A stretch of DNA of 64,000 bases from Hypanus sabinus (taxonomy: Eukaryota), in the NCBI RefSeq assembly GCF_030144855.1, contig NC_082728.1:45446001-45510000 (forward strand), given 5' to 3'. A program made the translations under genes and the position numbers. Positions 36,359 to 48,552 of the stretch are shown here, in pieces (the first letter of the stretch is position 1; each line of letters starts with the position of its first letter). The notes beneath the pieces are model-generated. The model made no database searches. It was not told where the DNA came from and saw nothing but the letters and a program-made list of their open reading frames with translations.

Positions 36359-37677
36359 TGTCATACGGGGGTGTTGTATCAGGACCCAAATGCAGGACTC
36401 AGACACTGTAGTGCTAGGAACAGGGCAGGACGAGGGACTGGGAACAAGGAGCCTGTGGTGGACTCCGACCCCGAGACTGGACAAGGACCCAGAACCTGGG
36501 TCTTGCCTCGGGCTTGGATCCCCAAACCCAGGCGAGGATGTGACGAGGCTTGGCTAGAGGCCTGACGCTGGGGTCTTGAGGCTTGGCTAGAGGCCTGACG
36601 CTGGGGTCTTGAGGCTTGGCTAGAGGCCTGACGCTGGGGTCTTGAGGCTTGGCTAGAGGCCTGACGCTGGGGTCTTGAGGCTTGGCTAGAGGCCTGACGC
36701 TGGGGTCTTGAGGCTTGGCTAGAGGCCTGACGCTGGGGTCTTGAGGCTTGGCTAGAGGCCTGACGCTGGGGTCTTGAGGCTTGGCTAGAGGCCTGACGCT
36801 GGGGTCTTGAGGCTTGGCTAGAGGCCTGACGCTGGGGTCTTGAGGCTTGGCTAGAGGCCTGACGCTGGGGTCTTGAGGCTTGGCTGGAGGATAGAGGCTG
36901 GGGTCTTGGAGTTTGGATAATTCGGAGGCTGGAGCTAGGAGGCAGACTAGGAACTGTATATCAACATGGAGCCGGGACTTATCCTTCGACCAGCCGGGAC
37001 TCATCTTTAGCAAGACACTGACATGAAACGGGACAGTACATAGACGTAGAACTGGAACTTATCTGCCGACAAGCCAGGACTCATCTTTAACTCCACATCA
37101 AGGTGGGGCAGGACCATCCCTCGAGTAATGGCAGAACAGCCTGACTTACCCCACAGAGGCAAGGACAAGACAGATTCCCCCCACAGGGCAATGGCAGAAC
37201 AGCCTGACTTACCCCACAGGGCGAGGACAGGAAGAGACAAACACCAAAGAACGACAGACAGTTCCATCTCTGCATCAGGGTAGCTCTGAGTAGCCATTAT
37301 GGCCAGCGACCTTGGCTGGCTACGGAAACAACCAGATCCCTACACTGCTCGGAGTGGCTGACGGCCACCCAGCTGGCCCAGGAAACGACCAAATCCATAC
37401 CACAATGACAGCTCTGACTCAGACAGTAAGGCTCCAAGAAGCAATGGTTCCCCTACGCAGCCTAAAGATGGCAAGTGGCCGTACCAGCCTTCCACCAGCC
37501 ACTTACTCCATGCAAAGCTTGACAAATAACCCCCACAACCACACTCAATCCCAGGGCCACTTATATTCCCAGCCAACAAGATGAGCGTCAGGTGTTTATG
37601 GTTTAGTTCAACCGAAACAAGGGACAGCCGGAGGACCCGGAGTCCGGAGCCCGCGGACCCCGGACCGGACCACGACA
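36359..37677 (-). mobile_element. Solo LTR-like element (1319 bp)
   Basis: Termini tgtcat...acgaca, 5-bp TSD ccccg/ccctg, TATA-like aatataag on minus near 37560-37567, internal repeats. Confidence 0.75.
36545..36907. repeat. 33-bp minisatellite: 10 identical units plus 1 diverged unit
   Basis: Unit gaggcttggctagaggcctgacgctggggtctt starts every 33 bp from 36545; no spacers. Confidence 0.97.
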
Positions 37678-38205
37678 CCCTGTGCCTATAACTAGACATA
37701 TACTTTGCAAGGACTGAAACTCTGCTGAGGTTTGGAGCACCAAAGATGCAGGTCTATAGTTAAGAGGTGGACATGAGTGGAGAGCCTCTCAACTAATCAT
37801 ATGTGCTTCATTTGGGTGGGAGATGAGGCTGGCCCTGCATGCACTACCGTGCATACATCACTGAGACCTCATCCAATCCTGCACATCTGTTCAATTCCTC
37901 ACATCTTTTGTCCCACCACTGTTGGTCACAGCTTCAGCTTTTGGAACACTAGTCTCTGGATGATACTCCCTCCCTCCATTTAACCTTACTCTGGAAAACA
38001 ATAATGACATTTCCTTTTGATCACAAGTACAATTGGCCAATGCTGAAAAAACTCTTAGGATCTCAATACACTGAAGGGACTTCATGTTGTTGGCTTTCAA
38101 TTTGAATGAAATGAATGTCATCAATTATAATCCACTTGAATTATACTGCTTAAGTTCAAAGACATTGTTGCATATAATCCTGTGCTCCTTCAAAGTGGTC
38201 TAGTA

Positions 38206-38980
38206 CAGCCATTCTCAACAGGGGCCATATGGCCCCCTTGGGGGCCCTGGCACATTTGAAGGGGGCCACCGACTGAAAACTGTGAGAAGGGGAGCCCCAA
38301 GTGTTTATGGGGGCCCTGGTAACTGAACCAATGAAATACCCAAGCAGCAACCTCCATTGGAGTCAATAGTTTCCCTCCTATTTATAATATCTTTCCAGCA
38401 CACCATTTGAATTCAGCGCACCAGGTAAATTCATTGCTTAAGCTCCTCCCACACAGTGCCACTTCAGAGTCAGTCATGAATCAGACTGCATCGGGTCAAC
38501 GTGTTCAATCAAGGGTTCTCACATCCATTATCGCCATACTTCATTCTCTGAAGATCAGCGTGTCTTGCTAGGCCTTTTTTAGCCTTGTAACTTTCAGTTG
38601 TCATAAAGGCTGTTAATTTCATCAACTCCCATGCCTTTGAGGGTCCTCTTTTCTGGCAGCTGTGTGAAGAATGGGTAGTTTCCTTGACAAAATCCAGGAA
38701 CAGAACTGATATCGCCACAAGAGGTGACCTCCAACTGTCATTGTTTAATTTGGAGCCCGATATCATGAAACTTGCAGAAAAGCACCAAGTTCAAGGATCA
38801 CATTAGGCCTGACAGATGTTTAATTTCATACAGTCCTTTAAGTTTTGTCGGAATGTTCAACTTTTCTTGGTGTGCAATGATAAATAATTTTCTGTCTATC
38901 TGTTCGTGCTGTATCCCTGTTTGAAAGGGGAGCCCTGGAACCTAAGGGGGCTGTGGCCAAAAAACAGTTGAGAATCACTG
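38206..38980 (+). mobile_element. Non-autonomous hAT (Buster-type) DNA transposon
   Basis: TIRs cagccattctcaac / gttgagaatcactg and perfect 8-bp TSD gtctagta (NNNTANNN). Subterminal ggggcc repeats. Transposase relics VIKAVNFINSHA..LFWQLCEE and DLQLSLFNLEPDIMKLAEKHQVQGSH*. Confidence 0.9.
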
Positions 38981-40633
38981 GTCTAGTAGATAAAAATACA
39001 ATAAGTACTCCCTGGGCCTTACATAAAAGGGTAAAATTCAGCAAATAAATCATTTTATCAATAATTAATAGATTCCTTTGCATCATTACTGACTGAAAAA
39101 TCAAACTATTTCCCAAATCAACCTTTGAAATGTATCGCACATTAAATGAAATCTCCATAAATATAAATTCTTTTAACCAATTAAAATAAAATGCAGACAT
39201 GGAACCTGAACTGATCAACTATTACATCATGAATACATTATCCATTAAGTAGAGGCAATGCATTCGGTGTTAAAAAATGCATGGCAAGATTGGGCAAGGA
39301 AAAAAAACCTCAAACAAGTGATGAACAGGGGAGAAAAAATAGGCTGAACAACCACATCGAAAAAACATTTACAAATCATGTTTTGGAAACAAAAATTACA
39401 ATCGTCTTGCGTTGCACATCATCAGAAAGTGGTCTAAGTATAAAATTAAAACAGAAGGGCTGGAAACAAATTTATTAATTGCATAATTTATGGAAAAATC
39501 TTTCAAGTTGAAAAAAGTTTTCAAGTTTTGATCTATATATGCTTCAGTGATCTTCAGAGACCTCAGTCTGGATGTGTAAATATTTTCTTTTTGTTTATTG
39601 CTTTCTGCTTCCCCTAGAAGGCACACAAGCCAGATAAGCCATCCAGTTTTAAAACATGCGAAGCAGCCTCCTGCTTCTGCAGTTAGTTTAGCAAACTTGG
39701 ATAAGTGTATATAGTGAGTATATTTTATAAACTTACTTAACAATATGCTTGTGATTGTATGCAATTTGCACTGCTGCTTAGCAGCTTGAGGTTAATTTGC
39801 ATTCCACAATCGCACTTTTACCCGATTACTTTACAGAAGAGTTAGGGTTGATCTTGGCATGGATCTGTTATCAGATCCAGACAGAATGGCAAACTGCTAG
39901 ACTTGGAATCAATGGAACTGAACAGTGATTGATGGCAATCTGATAGGCTTGAGAAGAACTCAGGCATCACTGGCTTATCCTGCGTAGAGAGAGCCTGAAA
40001 GTGTCATTGACCTGTTGCAATTGTGAGCAAAGTCACTAGAGAGATGCAGCTGGTAGATATAAAAGTCACAGAATTTATATCTGGGGACATCTTGCTCCCA
40101 TTTACTGCCATGCTGTTTCACCACATTCTTTGGTTATATGCCAAACAGCTTTCTTTTAGTTTTCCTAGCATGGAACACATGCCTGCTTCTGACAGACCAG
40201 TGTTTTACTCCCTTCCAGGAAGGTCTCACATATATCTGCCTGGTTTTCTCCCAGCTGAAGCTTCATAATCTGTCAGATGGACTGTGATCTAATTATGCCT
40301 GTTAGTACATCCCCACGTGTGGGTTGACCACTATCGACTGACCTCCTTGAATTTGCTGTGTACTCATCCCCAAACTTCTGCATTGCTCTTTGGTCTCTTA
40401 CAACCCAGTGGGTTCGGCGACTCACACAATTTCTCAATGTACCTCTGAAGCAACTATCCTCCGCCTCAGCACTGTCCCCCAGCATTAGAATTGGAGACAC
40501 TGGATGATTTTTTTGTATAGCTGTTCCACTGAAGCTCCAAACTGTGTATCCTTTGTCTGCCAGTCTCCATCACCCAGCAGTCACCTCCTTCTGCAGCAGA
40601 ATGCATCCCAGAGAGTGGGTTGTTTCTGAGACC

Positions 40634-40760
40634 TGTAATGTATTGTGTGAGTATTCGTAGGTCAGAGTGCATATGACGTCAGGACGTAGGTAAGAAAAAT
40701 GGAAGTCTGTTGAATAAACGTGGTTGTTCAATCTACAGCGGTGTCCGAATCAATACTACA
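40634..40760 (+). repeat. 5' LTR (127 bp)
   Basis: Direct repeat of 44553-44684 with 4 substitutions and one 5-bp indel; contains AATAAA. Confidence 0.95.
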
Positions 40761-40812
40761 TGGTGTCAGAAGGAATAGCGGGAAAAAAAAAGGAAGAGAA
40801 GACACATAAAAG

Positions 40813-43800
40813 ATGTCACAGTTACAGCCACCGTCAAGTTTAAGCCTACAAGGTAATCTTGCTGAGGATTGGAAAATATGGATCCAGAAGTCTGAGCTGT
40901 TTCGCACTGCTAGCGGTGTAGCTGAAAAGACGGAGAAAGTGCAGTGTGCTACGTTTCGGCATGTGGCGGGGGCAGAGGCAATAAAGGTTTGCAACACATT
41001 TGTCTTCCAAGATGATGAGCAAGATAAAATTGAAGTGTTGAAGAAAAAGTTTCAAGATTACTGCAAACCGAGAAAAAACCTACCGTACATCCGACACATG
41101 TGTTTCACAAGGGCTCAAGGACCAACAGAGGCCACAGACGCCTATGTAACAGATTTGAAGAACAAGGCAAAAGACTGAGTTCAGACAACTGCATGATTCT
41201 TTAATACACGACAGGACTGTATGCGGCATACGAAATGATCAAGTGAGAGGCAGGCTATTGAGAGAGGCTGAGCTTACATTGGAAAAGGCAATTGATGTTT
41301 GCCATGCCAGTGAGATCACGTCAAGTCAGGTTAAAGTGCTCAATGAAGAGAATGAAGTGCACAAAATAAAAACTGTGAAAACTGACAAGAGTAGAACAAA
41401 GCCAGCTCCACAGGATGATCAAAAGGAAGTTAACTGCAACAGATGTGGTTATAAACATGGATACAGAAAATGTCCAGCCTTTGGTCAGACATGCAAGTTA
41501 TGCCAGAAAAGAAATCACTTTGCAAAGATGTGCAAATCACAGGAGAAAGCAAGGAAAATGCATGCTGTGGAATAGAGTGAGGGCAACAGTGACATGTTCA
41601 TTGGAACAATTGAAGTGGAACAGGAGGTATGCATCAAGAATATTGGCAATGCAGAGCTGGAGGATGAAGATGATTAGACTCAAGATCTGATATTAAACAG
41701 GAGGAATGTGACATTTAAGCTTGACACTGGGGCAAAGTGCAATGTAATGTCAGCAGAAACATTCAACTCACTGGACATCAGAGGAAGACTGAGAAAATCC
41801 ACCTGCAAGCTTGTTGCATATTTCGGCCACAAGACAGCACCATTGGGAAAGAAAACACTCACCTGTGTGTACAAAGGACAAAAACACAAGATAGAGTTTG
41901 AGATAGTACAGCAACATGTTCCAGCAATACTGGGCAAAGCAACTGCACAAAGCTAGGCCTGGTGAAGCGAATCTATGGTGTGGAAAAAGAAAATGACTTT
42001 CTCATAGACTTTACTGACTTGTTTTCTGGATTAGGATGTTTACCAGGGAAGCACCATATCCAGATTGATCCAACTATTGAACCAGTCATGCATGCCCCGA
42101 GAAAGATTCCAGTAGCTCTCAGGGATCGAGTAGTGGAGGAGCTACACAGAATAGAACAGATGGAAGTCATAACGAGAGAAATAGAACCGACTGACTGGGT
42201 GAATAGTATGGTGACAGTGGTCACAGAAAAAAAGATGAGGATTTGCATGGATCCATAAGATCTCAACCGAGCCATCAAAAGAGAGCACTATCCGCTGCTC
42301 ATGGTTGAAGTGGTTGTCTCCCACATGCCTAATGCGAAACACTTTTCAGTATTGGACGTAAATCAAGGTTTCTGGCAGATCAAGCTGGATGAGGAAAGTT
42401 CCAAATTATGCACTTTCAACATGCCCATAGGGAGATATCGTTTCCTGCGTCTATCCTTCGGGATTTCTTCTGCATCAGAAGTATTCCAGAGGTCCGTGGC
42501 ACAAATGATTGAAGACCTGGACGATGTGGTCAATATCATTGATGATTTGCTGGTATGGGGTGACATCATTGAGGAGCATGATCAGAGATTGAGGAAGCTC
42601 CTGGAGAGAGCACGTGAATACAACCTAAAACTGAACAAAAGCAAATGTACGATCAGAACTACGGAGATCAAATACATAGGTCACATACTCAGCGCTGATG
42701 GGCTAAAACCAGATAATGAAGAGGTCAGGGCTATGGTGCAGCTACCACCACCCAAAGATAAGCAAGAACTATTGAGATTCATGGGCATGATACAGTATCT
42801 TGCCAAGTTCATTCCCAACTTATCAGAGTTCAGTGCTCCACTTCAAAAGCTACTAGAGAGCAACACTGAATGGCATTGGGAAGATGAACAAAAGAAAAGT
42901 TTTGACACATTGAAGCAGTTGGTTACCAATGCACCAGCACTCAAGTTCTATGATGTCAATGAACCGGTGACAATGTCTGTGGATGCCAGTTCGGAAGGAA
43001 TAAGAGCTGTTATACTGCAGGATGGGAGGCCTGTGGCATATGGATCACGAGCACTTACGGACTGTCAACACCGATATGCTCAAATTGAAAAGGAATTACT
43101 CGCCATAGTTTATGGGTGTGAGAAGTTCCACCAAAGGCAAAGAAATCCAGGTTGAGAGTGATCACAAACCACTTGAGAGCATCTTCAACAAGCCACTTCA
43201 TCAAGCTCCTACGAGGCTGCAAAGGATGCTTCTCAGGCTATGGAGGTACACTCTCACAGTCACCTATAAGCCAGGAAAAGAACTGCACATCGCTGATGCT
43301 TTGAGCCGTGCTTACCTCAAAGAGCAAAACTAAGAGTTGCCAGGAAGAGAGCTGGAGGTCAACTAGGTTACACCTCAGCTACCCATCTCTGAGAAGTTGA
43401 ACACGTTCAGGAAAGTGACTGCAGATGATCCTGAAATGCAGATGCTAAGAAACATTACAATGAATGGATGGCCAACAGAAAGAAAAGATGTCCCAAAAGA
43501 AATGCAGAAATACTGGACATTTAAAGAGAAAATTAACTATGCATCAGGACTAATGTTCAAAACGGCAAAACTCATCGTCCAGTCCAGGGCACGCTCAGTC
43601 TAATGGACAAGCAGAGAGAACAGTACAAACTGTCAAGAACATGCTCAAAAAGGCACAAAGCAGCAATGGTGACCCTTACATTGCTCTGCTTGAACACCGC
43701 AACACACTGATTGAGGGTGTGGGGTTCTCTCCTGCACAGCTGTTGATGGGACATCGTCTGAAGTCCAAACTACCAACATCTACAACTCTACTGACTCCTG

Positions 43801-44309
43801 AAGGCAATGCTCAAGTACATGACAAGCAAAAGTACAAGCAAATAAAGCAAAAGAGCTACTATGACAGACATACAAGACAGTTGCCAGATCTGCATACAGG
43901 TGAAAATGTCAGAATACAGAGAAGAGACACTTGCCAACCAGCTGTGGTTGTGAACAGGCATCAGCAACCAAGATCCTTCATAGTTCGCACGCCGGATGGA
44001 AGAGCCTACAGGAGGAACAGGAAGCATCTGCTGAAAACAGGCGAAACGGAGTTTCCACGTACAGATGCACAGGACATTTCCACGGATACAGACATGGAAA
44101 CAAATGACACCAAGCGCGAGGGGCACGACGAAACCCCACGAAGCAATGAAGGTGAAGGTTCTCACCAGGCCAACCGAGGTGAGAATGCAGACCGCAAAGA
44201 CACAGAGGTCACTCGAGAGACTGACTCTGATGAAGGACAAGCACAGTCACGGTTGTATCGCACACAGTCTGGGAGACAAGTCCAACTTCCAGCTAGATAC
44301 AGAGACTAG
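40813..44309 (+). pseudogene. gag-pol pseudogene of the Mag-like element
   Basis: Gag with paired knuckles CNRCGYKH..CPA..TCKLCQKRNHFAKMC; protease FKLDTGA; RT LPFG-like and IIDDLL; RNase H VDASS..YAQIEKE; integrase only from HAQSNGQAER onward. Several stops and frameshifts. Confidence 0.93.
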
Positions 44310-44552
44310 ATCTACCTACAGGTCACACAGTTTCAGGCAAAGTCACACATGTTATAAGTTCCAAGGTGTGAAATAAAAGGTTTATTAGTCTATGTTAAGT
44401 AAAAGAAAATACACTGCTGTTAGTATTGTAAGATACAATGTAGAATACAGTATAAGAAGTTAAGGGTTTTTTTTAGTTTATGTCATGGCTGTTGTAATGT
44501 AAGAAAGGCATTATTTTGGTAATTCACAGTGTTGTAAAAAAATCAAGGGGGA

Positions 44553-44684
44553 TGTAATGTATTGTGTGAGTGTTCGTAGATCAGAGTGCATATGATGTCA
44601 GGACGTAGGTAAGAAAAATGGAAGTCTGTTGAATAAACGTGGTTGTTCAATCTACAGTGGTGTCCGAGACACATCAATACTACA
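44553..44684 (+). repeat. 3' LTR (132 bp)
   Basis: Direct repeat of 40634-40760, preceded by a polypurine tract. Confidence 0.95.
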
Positions 44685-44704
44685 AGACACTTCACTACCT
44701 AAAA

Positions 44705-45040
44705 CAATCATCATCATTATGTGCAGTGTCATATGACATGGGTGATCGTTGTCTATTGGAGACCATGATTGTTCTTTGGTAAATATCTCCACCAAAGTGG
44801 TTTGCCACTGCCTTCTTCTGGGCAGTGTCTTTACAAGACGAATGACCCCAGCTATTAGCAATACTCTTCAGACATTATCTGCCTGGTGTTAGCAGTCACA
44901 TAGCCAGGACTTGTGGCATGAACATCTACCACCTGCTCCAATGGCTTCATGTGTGGCTAAGCAGGTGCTACACTTTGCCCAAGGTGACCTGCAGGCTAGC
45001 GGAAGGAAGGAGTGGTAGAGACGTATCTCCACCCCACCAC
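44705..45040 (-). mobile_element. Second copy of the RTE-tailed repeat
   Basis: gtggtttgccactgccttcttctgggcagtgtctttacaagacg; atcatcatcattat tail. Confidence 0.7.
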
Positions 45041-45314
45041 CCTAAAGCAATGATCATTTTAAAACTAGTCACTCAAGTACCTCAAACAATAGTTCAATTT
45101 CTATAGTTTGATTTAATATTGGAGAATTTATACAACATATAACCTGAAATTCTTACTCTCTCAGACATCCTCAAAACAGAAAACCCTGAAAGAATGAGTG
45201 ACAGAAGATCCCAAAACTCCCTGACCCCTGTCATGCATAAGCAGCAGCAAATAGCATCAACCTTCCCCCTCCCAGATTATTCCAGCAGAAAGCATCAGCA
45301 TTCCTACCATCTAG

Positions 45315-45425
45315 ACTGAAGAGGCCGCAGATGCTGGAACATGGAGTAACAAACAATCTGCGGAAGCTCAGCAGGCCCAGATGCTGCTCAGCTTCCTGAG
45401 AATCCCCCAGCAGAGTGTTTGCTCC
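45315..45425 (-). mobile_element. Tiny fold-back PLE remnant
   Basis: gcagatgctggaac...aaacaatctgc...ctcagc / cagatgctgct...ccagcagagtgtttgctcc. Confidence 0.6.
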
Positions 45426-45911
45426 TTCAGTGTAATTCCCTGACGATAAAGACCCATCCATCTGTATCACAAACCTGTCGGTTTACTTCCCCCATTGCTC
45501 CATCATATACCACTACAGGGGAGAGAGCTGAGAGTAATTTAAAGACCCCGAGTATTTTACACAAGTTGAGCTAGCAAGGATTCAATATATGTACACGTGC
45601 ACAGGGAGCTACACTTGCATCATTTCATTATCATTGCTCTCCTGAAGTCTGCAGCAGATACTGTTAAGCATTTTCCATTTACACCTCCTTATCTTCTGAC
45701 CTTCAGACCCCAGCAATTCAGCTCCTTAAACATACCGCCAGGATGCCAGAAACCATGTTTCTTGTTAGCAACCTTCTTCAGGGATCCTGTGTCTGTACAC
45801 AGCAAATCTTATATTCAAGGCAGCAGCTCCCAACTGAAAGTTAGCATTTGGCATGCTGACGTATCAGAATCATAAACCATAATACAAATCAGTGTACCTT
45901 GCAGACCTAAA

Positions 45912-46389
45912 CAATCAGTGTCAGTGACTACTTTATTAAGTACGCTTGCTCATTAATGAAAATATCTAATCAGCCAATCACTCAATGCATGAAAGCATGC
46001 AGACATGATCAAAAGGTTCAGTTGTTCTTCAGATCAAACATCAGAACGAGGAAGAAATGTGATCTACCGTAAGTGACTTTGACCATGGAATGATTATTGT
46101 TGTCAGATGGGGTGGTTAGAGTATTTCAGGAATTACCTGTCTCCTGGGATTTTCACATACAACAGTCTCTGGAGTTTACAGAGAATGGTACAAAAAAATC
46201 AGTGAGCAGCAGTTCTGTGGGCAAAATAAGGTGATGGAAGAATGGCCAGACTGATTCAAGCTGACAGGAAAGTGATAGTAATTCAAATAACCACGTGTTA
46301 CAACAGTGGTGCGCACACAACATGTCCAAACTTGAAGTGGATGGGCTACAGCAGCTGAGGACCACACCGGGTTCCACTCCCGAGTGTAA
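45912..46389 (+). mobile_element. Tc1/mariner-like non-autonomous element
   Basis: cagtgactactttattaagtac left end, taatcagccaatca, relic of a transposase N-terminus, right end ..gagtgta with truncated TIR. Confidence 0.65.
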
Positions 46390-47714
46390 ATATAATGTTG
46401 CATAAACATAAAATGTTTCCTGTTTTGGTAGGAGAAGAAAATCTTTCCTGATTGCAGCTGTTACTTAAATAGAGAGGATTTAGAAATCAAAGCAAATTAG
46501 TTACAAACAAATACCAAGGTCAAAATAGTCAGTTTCACTGAAAACAACAAACCTTAATACAGGACAGAAAAAAAGTAAATGGCTAGTTCAATAATTCCTG
46601 ATTGACGACACTATAACAAATTTCTAGCTTATTATTTAGCCCCTCTATCAGGAAAAGACTATTCATTCCATGGTCTCCACAAGAAGGGATTTCCGAGAAT
46701 TACTCTGTCCACAATCGCCAGACTGGCTGCTGCCCAGAAGTGGAAATAAATTCCAATCAATGTTTACCCTCGGTAGCTGAATCACTGCTGAGTGTCATGC
46801 CAATTGAACAACATGGTAAATCTACATTATAGAAATATATGTAATACCCTGGTTAAGAACATGTTTTATTGTATTCCTACAGCTATGCTGTTGGGTACTT
46901 TATTTTCTGTAGGTTGTTTTTGTAAACGCAATGTTAATCAAATTTTACAGTCCAGTTTTGTGTTTTCTGTAAGGTGATGAGTCATTTGATTAGCTTAGGA
47001 ATGCTGAATCAGCCAATCAGGTTTGCCTTGATAACGTTCTATCCACTGGGATGCCATAGATTAGAGAGATTGGTGGTGGATGGTTGGTTGAGCAACTGGT
47101 GCATACCACAAGCCCTAGTTATGCAGCCACCAACGCTCGGCAGACAATCCCTGAAGGGTATTGATAATGGCTGGGGTCACCCATCTTGTAAAGACTAACC
47201 AGAAAAAGGCACTGGCAAACTATTTCTTGTAGAAAAAAATTGTGAAGAATAATCATGGTCATTAAAAGAACATGATTGCCCATGTCATGCAACACATGAA
47301 TGGATGAACTTTATCATCCAGGACTAGTTAAAAAACAAGTTATTTACCCAGTGGGGAGTTACTGTTAGCACTATAATTACTTTGAGAGTTGGGAATCTTA
47401 TCATCTACTATGTTAATGCTAGAAATCAATGAATGATCATATCATGCTGTGGTTTCAAGGTTTCTCATTATTCACAAGTCTCACATCAGCATTCAGAAGG
47501 GGTGTGGACTACATGATTGCTATGGGTCTGCTACTAAGGTCACCAAACATTTCAACCAGGCAGTAGCTTCATTTTATAGAAAGTAGTATGTTACTATGCT
47601 ATGCCCAAGAAGAATGGCATCCACTGTCACTAATGCAACTTGTTCTCATAAGGCTTACATTATTTTTGGAAAAAAAGGAGGGAAGAGAAAATGAGAATTA
47701 AAGTATAATTTCAG

Positions 47715-48552
47715 TAGAAGATGGTGTCAGTGAACAATGCGACCAAGGGCCATATCCTCCAGACAGTTCACAAAGCTACTTCTTTCACCTCTTTTACATC
47801 TTCTTTTTCTTTCAGATGTGGTTCTGCTACTGTTGGAGCCTTTGATCTACATTTTGGTGGTGTGTTTTCATGCCGATTGAGCGATCTGGTGCTTTGCTGT
47901 CTCTGAGGGTGGTCATTGAGCTGCTGGGCAAAAAAACACGGCCATGAGGCCAAGAAGCCTAGAGACGGGGCACAGCCCATGATCGATTCCATTTCTCACT
48001 GACCTCACCGAATGAAGCATTGAGGAAGACTGAAATCGTCAAGGTGCCAGCAGGAGTTCAGTGCCTCTACCAGCCTCTCGCTTGCTGCTGCTGGAGGAAG
48101 GAGTCTGTCTGTGATGGTCTCTCTCTGCCTCATGCTTGCTTGTCCCAGAGGAAGATCTGTGTTCAAGTGGTCTCACTATCCCTCTTGCTCAATGTTACCA
48201 GAGAATTGTGCTGGATTTAATCGATACAGGTTATGGACTGGACTCTGTAGTACATGTTACGATGTCTTTCTGGATTCTGGCCTCTCCTTTTTTCTGTTAC
48301 TATTTTGGGTGATTTTGAAGGGGTGGCTTTCAAACGACACAGAGCTAGATTGAAAGGAACTCGTATTTTTTTCTTTTATGCCACTTGCCATGATTTGTTC
48401 TTTTGTCACGTTGTGGGGGAGGGAGGGTTTAATGTTTTGTTTTGAATTGGTTCCAGGGCTTTCTTTGTTACATGGCTGTCTATGGGAAGACAAATCTCAG
48501 GGTTGTATACTCCATAAATACGTTGATAATAAATGTACTTTGAATAACTTTA
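47715..48552 (+). mobile_element. Non-coding Rex1-related element (LINE-type 5' end joined to 3' tail)
   Basis: Starts aagatggtg and ends aaatctcagggttgtat...aataaatgtactttgaa; no RT relic recognised between. Confidence 0.55.

Larger units (their letters stand above)
40634..44684 (+). mobile_element. Ty3/Gypsy (Mag-clade-like) LTR retrotransposon, both LTRs present, defective
   Basis: LTRs 40634-40760 and 44553-44684 (TG...CA). PBS tggtgtcagaag at 40761, PPT aaggggga before the 3' LTR, TSD agacc/agaca. Order gag-PR-RT-RH-IN. Confidence 0.96.

Noticed and set aside
36545-36907. CRISPR array or repetitive host protein
   Set aside because: Head-to-tail units without spacers, no cas genes, eukaryotic context, located inside an LTR-like element.
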